DNA of 64,000 bases from IMG/VR virus record IMGVR_UViG_3300024327_000544, one strand, 5' to 3'. The DNA is from a virus. Each line of letters opens with the position of its first letter. Positions within the stretch are counted from its first letter, which is position 1. The position numbers and the translations under genes were made by a program. Positions 46,305-55,847 of this stretch are shown here, piece after piece. The notes under the pieces were generated by a model. The model saw nothing but the letters and a program-made list of their open reading frames with translations, was not told the DNA's origin and did not search any database.

Positions 46305-47349
46305 TCTCTTCCTCTACAACCTCTTCTTCAAGACCGACTTCACCATAAAGAAATTCTTTATGTGCCACCACATCTATTTTATCTAAAATCTCTTTGGTGA
46401 AATACTTAGTAGGATTTTTTAGAATTGATTTCAAGAAAACTTTTTCACCATCTGGCATTTCTAATCTAGTAGAAACCTTTTTAAAGATTCCATACTTCTC
46501 AGCTAACTCTGCTAAACCATAATAACGATTTAATCCCTCTTTATATGTAAGAAGAACATCAATCATCTTATTCTCTTTAGTGAGTCGAGATTTAAAATTT
46601 CTACAATGGACTATATTACCAATTACCTCAGTCCCATCCTTTTCTTTCTTCTTAGATAGGAATACTATGCTAGATGCCGCATAATGAAGGCCAGTTCCAC
46701 CACCCATAATCTTTTGAGGAAACAATGTTCCTATTTGATCATATGTGTGATTAGTAACAACAAGAGGAACTTTTGCTTTACCTCCTAACAAAGTAAGAAC
46801 TCTAAACGTTCCTTTAACCATTTGAGCTCTGGTCATATCTCTTGTTTCCTTACCATCACTAACATCTTCCATCTCTTTAGAAGTAGAAAGATTACCTAAT
46901 GAATCTAAACATAACATCATTGGCGGTCGATCTTTTTCAGATTCTTCTAAATGTTTTTCTAAAATTTTTGTTGCTTGTGTTCTAAATTCTTGAACCGTTG
47001 CAACGGGCAGGATAATCATTCGTTTAGAATCAATTCCTCTTGATTCTATCATCTGTCTTGTTAAAGCGGATTCAGACTCAAAGTAAATAACACCACCGCT
47101 AGGATTATCTGCGAGAAACTGTCTGACGCAACCCAAGACAAAGAAAGTTTTGCCAGTAGAACTTTCACCTGCGAATGCAGTGATTTTATTAGAAGGTAAT
47201 CCTCCATAGATACTCCCAGATAATAATCCGTTTAATATGTACGATCCTGTGTCGATAAAACTTTCGACATCTCCAGCTTCAACACCATCACTTACTTTTG
47301 AACCATAAGTGTTGTTCGCTACTTTCAACATTTCATCAAAATAACTCAT
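46294..47349 (-). CDS. uvsX: UvsX RecA-like recombinase
   Basis: [33 protein letters not shown] and MGGGTG. Confidence 0.95.
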   Translation of the reverse strand: MSYFDEMLKVANNTYGSKVSDGVEAGDVESFIDTGSYILNGLLSGSIYGGLPSNKITAFAGESSTGKTFFVLGCVRQFLADNPSGGVIYFESESALTRQMIESRGIDSKRMIILPVATVQEFRTQATKILEKHLEESEKDRPPMMLCLDSLGNLSTSKEMEDVSDGKETRDMTRAQMVKGTFRVLTLLGGKAKVPLVVTNHTYDQIGTLFPQKIMGGGTGLHYAASSIVFLSKKKEKDGTEVIGNIVHCRNFKSRLTKENKMIDVLLTYKEGLNRYYGLAELAEKYGIFKKVSTRLEMPDGEKVFLKSILKNPTKYFTKEILDKIDVVAHKEFLYGEVGLEEEVVEEENGE

Positions 47350-47376
47350 TTAATCCTTTCAATTTAATCATTATAT

Positions 47377-47405
47377 ATTATACCACAAGTTGAAACAAAT
47401 GTCAA
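47377..47405 (-). promoter_or_regulatory. Consensus sigma70-type promoter for uvsX
   Basis: TTGACA-N17-TATAAT, exact. Confidence 0.85.
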
Positions 47406-47707
47406 GCTTTTTCGATATCTAAATCCATAGTGGTAGGATCAAACTTTACTTTAAAAGTAAGTTCTATAGGTTTAAGTGTCCCATCTTTTAATGGTATAGG
47501 GAGCTTTCCTTCAACTGCTGCACCTAAAGCTTCTTTTGCTGTTTCAAACACGTGAGTAGGATCGGATTTAACAAGATCATCTAACTCTTCTTTTGCATCA
47601 TCTGGGATGATACTATCAATCATTGCTTCCACGTGCTCCTTCGCGAGGTCTTGCGCTTTGTCTATAACAAGTCCTGAAATCACATTAAATAATAATACTG
47701 GTAGCAT
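47402..47707 (-). CDS. Hypothetical protein
   Basis: MLPVLLFNV start with AAGGA SD. Confidence 0.6.
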   Translation of the reverse strand: MLPVLLFNVISGLVIDKAQDLAKEHVEAMIDSIIPDDAKEELDDLVKSDPTHVFETAKEALGAAVEGKLPIPLKDGTLKPIELTFKVKFDPTTMDLDIEKA

Positions 47708-47717
47708 ATTTTCCTTT

Positions 47718-48617
47718 TTAATTAATCTGTTGTTCCCAACTCTGTTCAATATTATGTTGAGCTAGGGTCTGTTTAAAATATTCATCGGTAGAAATTGGTA
47801 AATGTTTATCTGGTTCATCTGTGAAATTCTTAATTAATACATCTCTACCGGGATCCACAAAATAAGGCATTGAATAGCGAGATTTTGTATGGACTGTATT
47901 AACAACTCTATGGTTGGTTGATTTTAACGTATCATTGGACCATCTTTGAAACATATCTCCAATGTTTAATACTATTGAATTTTTCACTACAGGAACATCA
48001 ATCCATTCATTTGTTTCTCTATCTTGTACTTGTAGTCCACCAACATCATCAAAACGAAAGAGTAAAGTAATAGAACCATAATCAGTATGTTCTCCTCCAG
48101 ACTCGTGTTCCTCTTGCTTCTCGTGTGCTGGATAATGAAGCATTCTCATATTAACATAACCATTCATATGCTTATCTATTAAATATCCTTTTTTATGTTT
48201 AAACATACTTTCAAACTTATTGAAAAATTGATGGGAAAGACGTTGAGAGATTTGAAGGATAGATTGTGCTAATGGTTTAAACTCTGGAATTTCTGTAGGC
48301 CAATATTGTTCTTGCATTCTTGCTGATTCAATCCAATTATATGATTCTTTCGAATCACCATCTCGACTCTGAATATATCCCATCTCACCCCAGCCGGCAC
48401 GACATGTTGATGAACCCTTTACTCCATTATATACATATTTCTTTTTCACATCTAATGGTAGTTGAAAGAATTCTTCTGTGAGATATTTCCAATCTTGGAA
48501 TTCCGATAACCATTCATCGTAGACATTTGTAAATACAGCAAAACCACGAGTCGTATATACATCATACATTTGTTGTTCTATTGCATTACTACGAAAATCG
48601 ATTATCGGAATAGTCAC
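47718..48617 (-). CDS. Isopenicillin-N-synthase-family Fe(II)/2OG oxygenase
   Basis: IPIID, GF, EFFQLPL..K, HTDYGSITLL, GGLQV, NIGD..WSN..HRV and RYSMPYF. Confidence 0.92.
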   Translation of the reverse strand: MTIPIIDFRSNAIEQQMYDVYTTRGFAVFTNVYDEWLSEFQDWKYLTEEFFQLPLDVKKKYVYNGVKGSSTCRAGWGEMGYIQSRDGDSKESYNWIESARMQEQYWPTEIPEFKPLAQSILQISQRLSHQFFNKFESMFKHKKGYLIDKHMNGYVNMRMLHYPAHEKQEEHESGGEHTDYGSITLLFRFDDVGGLQVQDRETNEWIDVPVVKNSIVLNIGDMFQRWSNDTLKSTNHRVVNTVHTKSRYSMPYFVDPGRDVLIKNFTDEPDKHLPISTDEYFKQTLAQHNIEQSWEQQIN

Positions 48618-48619
48618 AA

Positions 48620-49705
48620 TTATTTTGTAGGAAATCGAGAAACAACACCTTTAACAAAATATTGCATAGTCTCGAGTTGTGGTCTTTGTATTTCCCCAGC
48701 AGGAACTTTTGTTCCATCTTGTTTAGTAACACCTTGATCAAATGGATAGTATGTACCCATCTCATCATTGATCCAATTCATTTTAATTGTCTCAACTTTG
48801 TTTACAACATCGCCGGGAACATTCTTACCCCATGGAGATAGACCTACACAATTTTCTTGTAGACCCCATGCCCATCGTTGATTCATTTCTAACTTACCGC
48901 TAGCAAGTTGATCAACGATATGTTTATAAAGAACGTTCCAATTGAACATCATACCTGTGATGTATCGATCTGGCCCATTATCACCCATAGGCGCATCATT
49001 ACCCATACTCCAAACTTCTTTACCATCAGATTTCCATGCCTGTTGTGCAAGTGAAACCACACTAGGTGAATCAGTTGTTGTATAGAGAATATCATTACCA
49101 TCATCTAAGAGTGCTTTAGCAGCATCCATATCTTTAGGTGGATCAAACCAAGAGTTTATCCAAACAACTTTAACTTTAATATCTGGATTAACTGTTTGAG
49201 CTCCTAGAGTAAGAGCATTAATGTTTCGAATGATTTCTGGAATTGGATGTGATCCAACTACACCAATACTGTTTGTCTTCGTCAACAGTCCGGCTGCAAT
49301 CCCTGTAAGGTATCGTGCTTGAAATGAATGACAAACATAATTGTCCATATTTTCATCATTACCTTTATAACCAGTGGCATGTAAGAAAACAGTATCTTTA
49401 TTTTTCTTTGCTGCCTTCACCATTGGATCCATATAACCAAACGATGTTGCAAAAACAATGTCATGTTTTCTTGCAAGTTTGGAAAATACTTTTTTGGAAT
49501 CTGACTCTGGCACCATCTCAACCATTGAGACTTTGTAACCATGTTTTGTCAAGGATTGAAATCCTTGATGATGTCGCATTGACCAGCCACCATCATTATG
49601 TGGCCCCACTAGAACATAACCTATTGAAATTTGTTTCGCATTTAAAATACCAAATAAGGTTGTTGATACAACCAATACTAATAGAAATGAAATTAATCGT
49701 TTCAT
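48620..49705 (-). CDS. BMP-family ABC transporter substrate-binding protein (purine nucleoside type)
   Basis: Signal peptide, GPHNDGGWSMRH, VFATSFGY, YLTGIAAG, INSWFDPPK and DSPS. Confidence 0.88.
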   Translation of the reverse strand: MKRLISFLLVLVVSTTLFGILNAKQISIGYVLVGPHNDGGWSMRHHQGFQSLTKHGYKVSMVEMVPESDSKKVFSKLARKHDIVFATSFGYMDPMVKAAKKNKDTVFLHATGYKGNDENMDNYVCHSFQARYLTGIAAGLLTKTNSIGVVGSHPIPEIIRNINALTLGAQTVNPDIKVKVVWINSWFDPPKDMDAAKALLDDGNDILYTTTDSPSVVSLAQQAWKSDGKEVWSMGNDAPMGDNGPDRYITGMMFNWNVLYKHIVDQLASGKLEMNQRWAWGLQENCVGLSPWGKNVPGDVVNKVETIKMNWINDEMGTYYPFDQGVTKQDGTKVPAGEIQRPQLETMQYFVKGVVSRFPTK

Positions 49706-49780
49706 CTTTCCCTTCCGAAAAAATTGTTGTTAATTTCTCTCGCCCATTACCAACAGGTCTTCCAACCCCTTCACGATTTG

Positions 49781-49805
49781 AAAAAGGCCCCCGAAGAGGC
49801 CTTTT
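49781..49805 (-). terminator. Rho-independent terminator with UUCG tetraloop
   Basis: Minus strand GGCCUC-UUCG-GGGGCC-UUUUU. Confidence 0.85.
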
Positions 49806-49816
49806 ATTTTTTTGTC

Positions 49817-50038
49817 TTACTTCTTAGAGTAGATTCCCCAAAGTACCCATATTGAAACTAGGCCGATTAATCCTTCTGCACCTAATTGTTTTACGAGTGA
49901 CACTACTGAACCCACGATATCCATTCCGAGAAATGGTACAGCCGCACCAAAGATTACTTGAAGAACAACGCCAAGAGCAATTATTGCAAGACCTAATTCG
50001 GTTATACCTCTAATCCAACTGAGCACGTTATCTAACAT
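49817..50038 (-). CDS. Small membrane protein (2 hydrophobic segments)
   Basis: Almost entirely hydrophobic 73 aa with a basic C-terminus and AAAGGA SD. Confidence 0.7.
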   Translation of the reverse strand: MLDNVLSWIRGITELGLAIIALGVVLQVIFGAAVPFLGMDIVGSVVSLVKQLGAEGLIGLVSIWVLWGIYSKK

Positions 50039-50057
50039 AAAATTATCCTTTTAATTG

Positions 50058-50540
50058 TTATTGAAAAGTAAGAGGCGCAGACCACCAGGCTTCCCATGGA
50101 AAATGAATCCAGAGATTCTCGGTATCTTTTGCTACCTCCCTTACGTAATAATGAGGTTCAAAATTAACTTCATTATTCCACCAAAGTGATGCAAACCTTA
50201 CATCACAATTGATTTCTAAGGGCTTGTCCTTTTTCGGGCCCTTAATAAAAGATGATATACGTTCAAACGTTTCACCACTATCGCATATGTCATCTACTAT
50301 TAAAACTCTCTCATCAGTATTCCTAGGGAGATAATCTTCCCATTCTGGAAAATCTCTAAGAGAGCTCTTCACGGGCTTAAAAGGTTTTTTTAACCAATGG
50401 GACATCATAACGCCAGGCGTTAAACCTCCCCTACTTAAACCCACGATCACGTCTGGCTCAAATTTATCTAATGTAATCTCTCTACAGAGTTGATTAACAT
50501 CAAGACACATTTCCTGCCAAGTGTACCATAATTTATTCAT
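50058..50540 (-). CDS. Purine phosphoribosyltransferase (Gpt-like, type I PRTase)
   Basis: VGLSRGGL and LIVDDICDSGET PRPP loop. Confidence 0.88.
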   Translation of the reverse strand: MNKLWYTWQEMCLDVNQLCREITLDKFEPDVIVGLSRGGLTPGVMMSHWLKKPFKPVKSSLRDFPEWEDYLPRNTDERVLIVDDICDSGETFERISSFIKGPKKDKPLEINCDVRFASLWWNNEVNFEPHYYVREVAKDTENLWIHFPWEAWWSAPLTFQ

Positions 50541-50566
50541 AACAAAACTCCACTATTAAGTATTTA

Positions 50567-53071
50567 TCAAACAAAAAACGCTTCCAAAGAACTTACCTTC
50601 TCTGGTGACCAGCCAATTACTTTCAATATTTCATTCAATGGTCCCCTAAATGATTTCTCAAATTGTTTCTCATAATCAATATAATCATGGAGGCCAAACT
50701 CTTCAGGTAGCCCCTCCATCATGGCTATCACACTATCCCTAATGGGATTAGGTTGTTTTAAATAAACGAACTTAATCTTCTCACCCTCTTGAATAAAAGG
50801 ATGTTTATTTTGCAACTTCTTCTCTTTTAAAAAATGATTATATAAACGGGTTGCTTTCACATGTATAGGTGTTCCTTTAGCATATAAGGTATGACCACCA
50901 TTATACTTTTCAATTCCTTTTACAGATCTAGGAAAAGCTATATTCTCAATAGGTTCTTTTTCAAATTGATTTCTAAAATCAGCAATGAACTCTTGTATAG
51001 CAGTTTCATCTTTATTAATAATAATATCAAAAGACTTCTTTAACTTATCTCTACAAGATGTTGGTGTTGAGGATTTAACAGATTCAATACCCATAACTTT
51101 AATTCGTGGGTTTGTATATCGAACACCTTCATTATCATGAACATTTAAAATATAATGTTTCTTACCAGTCCATATTCCTTTATCAGCAAGACATTCTCTT
51201 TTCATATACATCTTCTGATCATAAGCATTCATATACTTTGCTAAATCAGCATATCCTGTATCGATTATCTTTGTTATCTTCTCTTCACAAACCTTATCTA
51301 GGAAATCAATAACCTTTGTTGTCTCCACTTCCTCTGGGAATACCTTTTTAACTAAATCATCCAAAGTAATATAAAGGGAGTCAGTATCGGATGCCAATAC
51401 ATAATCAACCTCCTTTGTTTCCAATATTTGATTGAGATAGTTATTGACAGTGGTTTCCGCCCATCTGATACTGAGCTGCCCTCCTAATGTGATAGCTTCT
51501 GAAATTCTTAAATCATAAAATCTAAAATATGGATTCCCGAAAGCTCCATAAACACTGTTCAACATTAACTTCATAGCTAATTGTCTATTGCCATATGAAT
51601 CTGCTTCTTTCTGCAGTTTATCAATCTTCTTTGGATCTGTTTCTTTTTCTAACTTCTTCTTTGCCTCAATCATCTTCTTTTTAAAGATGACTCTATTATC
51701 ATACTTCTCTTGCATCAATCTAGGCAAGAATCCTTGTACATCTTTTCTGAATGCTTGACCACTTGCTGCAATGGTAATATCTTTTTCATAGAACTTATCT
51801 AGATCGATCTTCTTATCTAATAGGTTATCAATGCCACATTGCTGTGTAATGCCTGTTAAAATAGTTTCAGGGCTAACATTGTATTGCATGATTAAATGAG
51901 GGTATAGACTATTTAAATCGAAGCTAACAACCCATTTATGCATACCTGTTTGTACATCTTTTACATACGCGCCTACATAAGCTTTATTCTTTGTATTATC
52001 TTTCTTTGGTGGGACAACAATATTTCTATTCATTAAATCGTTTGCGAGAATCACTTCCCACATCATAACCATCCCAAATGTATCTTGATAATTTACTTTT
52101 GCTTCATATGCAAGAGCAACTACCATTTCGATTAACTTTTTCTTTTCTTCTAATCGCTCAACTAATTGTACGTCTTTAATATTATATTCAATAAACAGTT
52201 GGAAGTTTTCTTTGTATAATGTATAGAGATTACCATACTCTTCAAATGATAATTTTCTTTCCCCTAGTTCTATTGACGCGATGTAATCGAGCCGATAAGA
52301 TTCAGCAGGGGGACTATTACGTCTGTAAACGTCAATATAGTCAATAACAGAAATGCCAATAATATCATGAAAAGTAACATCTTTTCCACGAAACTGAGTA
52401 ACTCGCTCATGTATTAATCTCCATGGGGATAGCCTGCGTGCTTCTTTAACATCATATAACCTGACTATGCGATTATACAAATAAGGAATATCAAAACCTT
52501 GAATATTCCAACCTGTAATAATATCCGGACCTAACTTTTCCCAGAAACCAAGAAACTCTTGTATTAAATGATTCTCATCAGAACATTGAAAATATTCTAT
52601 ATTGTCTTCATGTGCTTTATAATCCCCACAACCGAAAACATAATACTTCCCATTATTACCAACGGTGATTGCTTGTATTTCTTCAATTGCAGATACAGGA
52701 TCAGGAAATCCATGTTCTGAACCAACCTCAATATCAATAGACGCGATTGACAATAAACCAAAATCATATTCTATACCTTTGTCTTTTGGAAAGTTATCAT
52801 AGATCCAACTATACCTATAAGTATTCATTCCATAAATTTGAAAGTTATCAACACCTTCATATCTACGAATAAAATCTCTTGTTTCTTTTATTGTTCCGGG
52901 TTTAACAGGAGCCAGATATTTTCCATCAATAGTTGTATGGCTTGACTTCTCTCTGGAAGGTATAAAAATGGTTGGTCGATATTCAACACGGTCATCAAAC
53001 TTCTGACCATTCTCATATCCTCTTACTAATATGTGATCACCAATCTGATGAACATTGGTGTAAAATTTCAT
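50567..53071 (-). CDS. gp43: Family B DNA polymerase (T4 gp43)
   Basis: DIEV, TGWN..FD exonuclease motifs; SFDLNSLYPH, KLMLNSVYG and DTDS. Confidence 0.97.
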   Translation of the reverse strand: MKFYTNVHQIGDHILVRGYENGQKFDDRVEYRPTIFIPSREKSSHTTIDGKYLAPVKPGTIKETRDFIRRYEGVDNFQIYGMNTYRYSWIYDNFPKDKGIEYDFGLLSIASIDIEVGSEHGFPDPVSAIEEIQAITVGNNGKYYVFGCGDYKAHEDNIEYFQCSDENHLIQEFLGFWEKLGPDIITGWNIQGFDIPYLYNRIVRLYDVKEARRLSPWRLIHERVTQFRGKDVTFHDIIGISVIDYIDVYRRNSPPAESYRLDYIASIELGERKLSFEEYGNLYTLYKENFQLFIEYNIKDVQLVERLEEKKKLIEMVVALAYEAKVNYQDTFGMVMMWEVILANDLMNRNIVVPPKKDNTKNKAYVGAYVKDVQTGMHKWVVSFDLNSLYPHLIMQYNVSPETILTGITQQCGIDNLLDKKIDLDKFYEKDITIAASGQAFRKDVQGFLPRLMQEKYDNRVIFKKKMIEAKKKLEKETDPKKIDKLQKEADSYGNRQLAMKLMLNSVYGAFGNPYFRFYDLRISEAITLGGQLSIRWAETTVNNYLNQILETKEVDYVLASDTDSLYITLDDLVKKVFPEEVETTKVIDFLDKVCEEKITKIIDTGYADLAKYMNAYDQKMYMKRECLADKGIWTGKKHYILNVHDNEGVRYTNPRIKVMGIESVKSSTPTSCRDKLKKSFDIIINKDETAIQEFIADFRNQFEKEPIENIAFPRSVKGIEKYNGGHTLYAKGTPIHVKATRLYNHFLKEKKLQNKHPFIQEGEKIKFVYLKQPNPIRDSVIAMMEGLPEEFGLHDYIDYEKQFEKSFRGPLNEILKVIGWSPEKVSSLEAFFV

Positions 53072-53232
53072 TTATTTTGATTTTCAGGAATGCGATAATA
53101 ATGTTCTACTTTATGTCCCATTGATTCAAGTGTTTTATAACACCATAATATTTGTTGGTCTATCCAACACCTACCTTTAAACGCCCCTATTGTATAAAGG
53201 AACTGTAGGTAAATTAAAATAAGAAGTTTCAT
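53068..53232 (-). CDS. 54-aa hypothetical protein (not in ORF track)
   Basis: MKLLILIYLQFLYTIGAFKGRCWIDQQILWCYKTLESMGHKVEHYYRIPENQNK. Its TGA overlaps the gp43 ATG. Confidence 0.55.
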   Translation of the reverse strand: MKLLILIYLQFLYTIGAFKGRCWIDQQILWCYKTLESMGHKVEHYYRIPENQNK

Positions 53233-53247
53233 CTTCCACTCTCCCTC

Positions 53248-53733
53248 TCATTTGATTAGTCCTTCTTTATATTGAGTTTTACCATTAACTCTCAAAGCAG
53301 TATTAATCTTTCCACGATTTTTGCCATTTGTTTTAAAACTACAATGAACCCATCCACTTGATGGTTTCCCTTGTTGATAGAACTCTAGAATTAACTGGTC
53401 AAATTCTAAATTATCTCTGACCCATTCTGCCAACTCATCGTTGCCAACTCTTGAACATTCAAAGTCTGCTGCTTCTCCATGACAATGTTGACTTGTACTA
53501 GATCCTCCAACTGCCTTATTTAAAGCAGGTCCTCTGTAACCACTATTTACACGAACTGGTCCAAATTTTTCTCGAACTGGTTGTAAAATATGATTTGCTA
53601 CATTGGTAAGATTGACTAAAATTTGATCTGTGGCAGGTGTATTATCTAAGCCCATTCTATCTGCTGTTGAACTTTTTAGTAATTCAGGTAGGGTAAAGTT
53701 CGGTGCTACCCTAATATCTTCAGCTTCATTCAC
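53248..53733 (-). CDS. Peptidase M15A, probable endolysin
   Basis: NFTL.EL, NSGYR, SQHCHGEAAD, FDQLILE and WVHCS. GTG start with AGGAG SD. Confidence 0.85.
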   Translation of the reverse strand: MNEAEDIRVAPNFTLPELLKSSTADRMGLDNTPATDQILVNLTNVANHILQPVREKFGPVRVNSGYRGPALNKAVGGSSTSQHCHGEAADFECSRVGNDELAEWVRDNLEFDQLILEFYQQGKPSSGWVHCSFKTNGKNRGKINTALRVNGKTQYKEGLIK

Positions 53734-53749
53734 TTTTCACTCCTATTGT

Positions 53750-53788
53750 GGGGTCGCTGGTTTGAAAGTATTTATCCTCAACGACCCC
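53750..53788 (-). promoter_or_regulatory. Stem-loop containing a late-promoter-like GATAAATA in its loop
   Basis: Minus strand GGGGTCGTTG-(AGGATAAATACTTTCAAAC)-CAGCGACCCC. Confidence 0.6.
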
Positions 53789-53795
53789 GTCGAAC

Positions 53796-54269
53796 TTAGG
53801 AAAGCTTCTTTTGATTTGTTACAATCTTAATCTGCTTTGCCTTCTTTTCCTCAGGAATAATCTTCTCCATTTTAATTGTTAACATCCCAGCGTCTAATGC
53901 TGCTCCTTTAACAATTATATCATCAGAGAGAGTCCAACAACGTTTAAAAGAACGCTTTGCAATCCCTTGATAGAGAAAATCTTCATCTGATTTATCTGTT
54001 GTTGATTCGACGGTTAACACACCGTTTTCAACATTCACTGTAATGTCTTCTTCATTGAGTCCTGCAACTGCTAACTCTATTATATAATCATCTCCATCTT
54101 TTTTCAAGTTATAAGGTGGGTAACTTGAAGTTTGATTTTGATTTTGATTGATATTAGACAATTCTCCAAACACTCTTTCAAACATATGATCTAATCCAAT
54201 TGCGGACTGAGTCAAGTGTTGTAAATGTTTGGGATTTGTAAACAGTGATGCGGCGTTTGTATATAACAT
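53796..54269 (-). CDS. Small heat shock protein Hsp20 (IbpA-like)
   Basis: YPPYN, IELAVAG, YQGIAKRSF and GMLTI. Confidence 0.93.
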   Translation of the reverse strand: MLYTNAASLFTNPKHLQHLTQSAIGLDHMFERVFGELSNINQNQNQTSSYPPYNLKKDGDDYIIELAVAGLNEEDITVNVENGVLTVESTTDKSDEDFLYQGIAKRSFKRCWTLSDDIIVKGAALDAGMLTIKMEKIIPEEKKAKQIKIVTNQKKLS

Positions 54270-54295
54270 ATTATCTCCTTATAAAAGCAAGATTA

Positions 54296-54547
54296 TCAGT
54301 CTCTCCATCCCTCACCAGCGAGCAGATGTTCAAACCGATGTTTAAGAACAATCCATATTAATTCTAATATGGAATCGGCAGTATACTCACCAACCTCGTC
54401 GATTGTATACTCACCTGTTTCAGGATCTGTTATGACTCTATCATAAACCAAGAGGTCATAACTATGTCCTGCTATACCATAGGGTCGGTCATCATAATCT
54501 TCTTTATCTTTCCAACCATATGTTTTATCATCAACGAAATTTGTCAT
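54296..54547 (-). CDS. Hypothetical protein
   Basis: ORF overlapping the dUTPase stop, within the operon. Confidence 0.55.
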   Translation of the reverse strand: MTNFVDDKTYGWKDKEDYDDRPYGIAGHSYDLLVYDRVITDPETGEYTIDEVGEYTADSILELIWIVLKHRFEHLLAGEGWRD

Positions 54548-55068
54548 TTGCCTGTACTTCCAAAACCACCGTCGCGGTCAGTCTTTTGAGTAGGCTTTTT
54601 AGACGTCTCCTCAATTTCGTAATGATTCATTTCGACAAGTTCGCCTTGAGCTACCCTGTCGCCATTATTTATAACAATTGTTTGAACTTCTGAAAGATTC
54701 ACACAAGCAATAAACAATGGATCCACGTAATCATAATCGATTACGCCTTCGCAATTAATTAAGCTCATGCCCTGTTTAATTGCTGTTCCAGATCTAGGGT
54801 GTATTCTTACTGAATATCCATTTGGGATATCTAAAATCAATCCTGTTGGAATCAATGCCCTTTGAAATGGATGAATTGTTATAGAAGAATCTTTTCTTTC
54901 TATAAATGTTTTTTTATCTTCATTCCAAACTTTATATCCAACTTCGCGTCTATAGTATGCATGTATATCAAAGCATGCTGAGCCTTTTGTGGAAAATTGG
55001 GGAATTTGAACATCATCAAATAACTTATGTACTTTCAATTTTAGTGTCGTCACTTTTCTTATTTCCAA
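54544..55068 (-). CDS. dut: Trimeric dUTPase
   Basis: GSACFD, PRSG, GVIDYDY, GDRVAQG and RDGGFGSTG. Confidence 0.95.
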   Translation of the reverse strand: MEIRKVTTLKLKVHKLFDDVQIPQFSTKGSACFDIHAYYRREVGYKVWNEDKKTFIERKDSSITIHPFQRALIPTGLILDIPNGYSVRIHPRSGTAIKQGMSLINCEGVIDYDYVDPLFIACVNLSEVQTIVINNGDRVAQGELVEMNHYEIEETSKKPTQKTDRDGGFGSTGK

Positions 55069-55450
55069 TATTATATTTTGCCACTAAATTCCATTCGTCC
55101 TTTTCTTTGAACGATATAATCTTTAGTTGATTGATGGGAACAATATTGTCATTAACTTTATCGTTATCCACAATTTGTACTAAATCCCATTCTGCTAATA
55201 GATTAACTATTGTATTACGCCGTGCTGCATCATTATCTGAAAAATTAGATGGTTTCCCATCTAGCATAAACAACTCTTTAAAATGTACTATGTAATACCG
55301 ACTTTGTTTATGAAGAATGTGACAACTCTGATATAGAGTCTTATCTTTCTTGGATGCCACACCAATTCTTGTTAAAGTCTCTTTTACTTTTAAAAAATCA
55401 TCAGGTTGTTTCAGCTTGATTTCAACGAGCGCTTCGACCTCTATACTCAT
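55025..55450 (-). CDS. regA: RegA translational repressor
   Basis: DDFLKVKETLTRIG, LYQSCHILHKQ and YYIVHFKELF.LDG. Confidence 0.96.
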   Translation of the reverse strand: MSIEVEALVEIKLKQPDDFLKVKETLTRIGVASKKDKTLYQSCHILHKQSRYYIVHFKELFMLDGKPSNFSDNDAARRNTIVNLLAEWDLVQIVDNDKVNDNIVPINQLKIISFKEKDEWNLVAKYNIGNKKSDDTKIEST

Positions 55451-55847
55451 TTAACTCCTTCAATCCACCTGTAAATAATTTTTGCTTGAGAGTACGTAAG
55501 TCCTCATCTGTGAATATATCAACGACTTCCCTAGCTTTTTGCAAGGAGTAACCATAATATTCAACGATAAGATCTATGGCTTCGTACTTCTCGGCTTTTA
55601 ACCATCGACCAAATCTGTTCTTGGGTCTAATGATATTTAGCAAATAGTGGTATTGAAGCTTGTTATCTAGAAACGGTCTTACGTTCATTTCGTTAGCATG
55701 AAGCGCCGTATCAGAGGTAAAACTTAATGTTCTATTAATTAAAAAGGGTTTATAATCCCGTTCTATATGACCATCGGGATCATCTTGTAACAAATCTTTT
55801 TTCTTATAGTTTATATCTTTTACAAAATCAAATGGATTCATTGCCAT
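55422..55847 (-). CDS. gp62: Clamp loader small subunit (T4 gp62)
   Basis: YKPFLINR.LS..D, L..KLQY.YLLN and ..YYGYS..KA. Confidence 0.9.
   Translation of the reverse strand: MAMNPFDFVKDINYKKKDLLQDDPDGHIERDYKPFLINRTLSFTSDTALHANEMNVRPFLDNKLQYHYLLNIIRPKNRFGRWLKAEKYEAIDLIVEYYGYSLQKAREVVDIFTDEDLRTLKQKLFTGGLKELNEYRGRSAR

Noticed and set aside
49706-49780. Purine riboswitch upstream of the BMP gene
   Set aside because: The leader lacks the conserved purine-riboswitch core and three-stem layout. It contains only a possible 14-codon GTG ORF of no clear significance.
26635-53071. Introns or inteins in RNR, primase, helicase, UvsX or DNA polymerase
   Set aside because: All are continuous ORFs of ordinary length, with no homing endonuclease or intein motifs seen.
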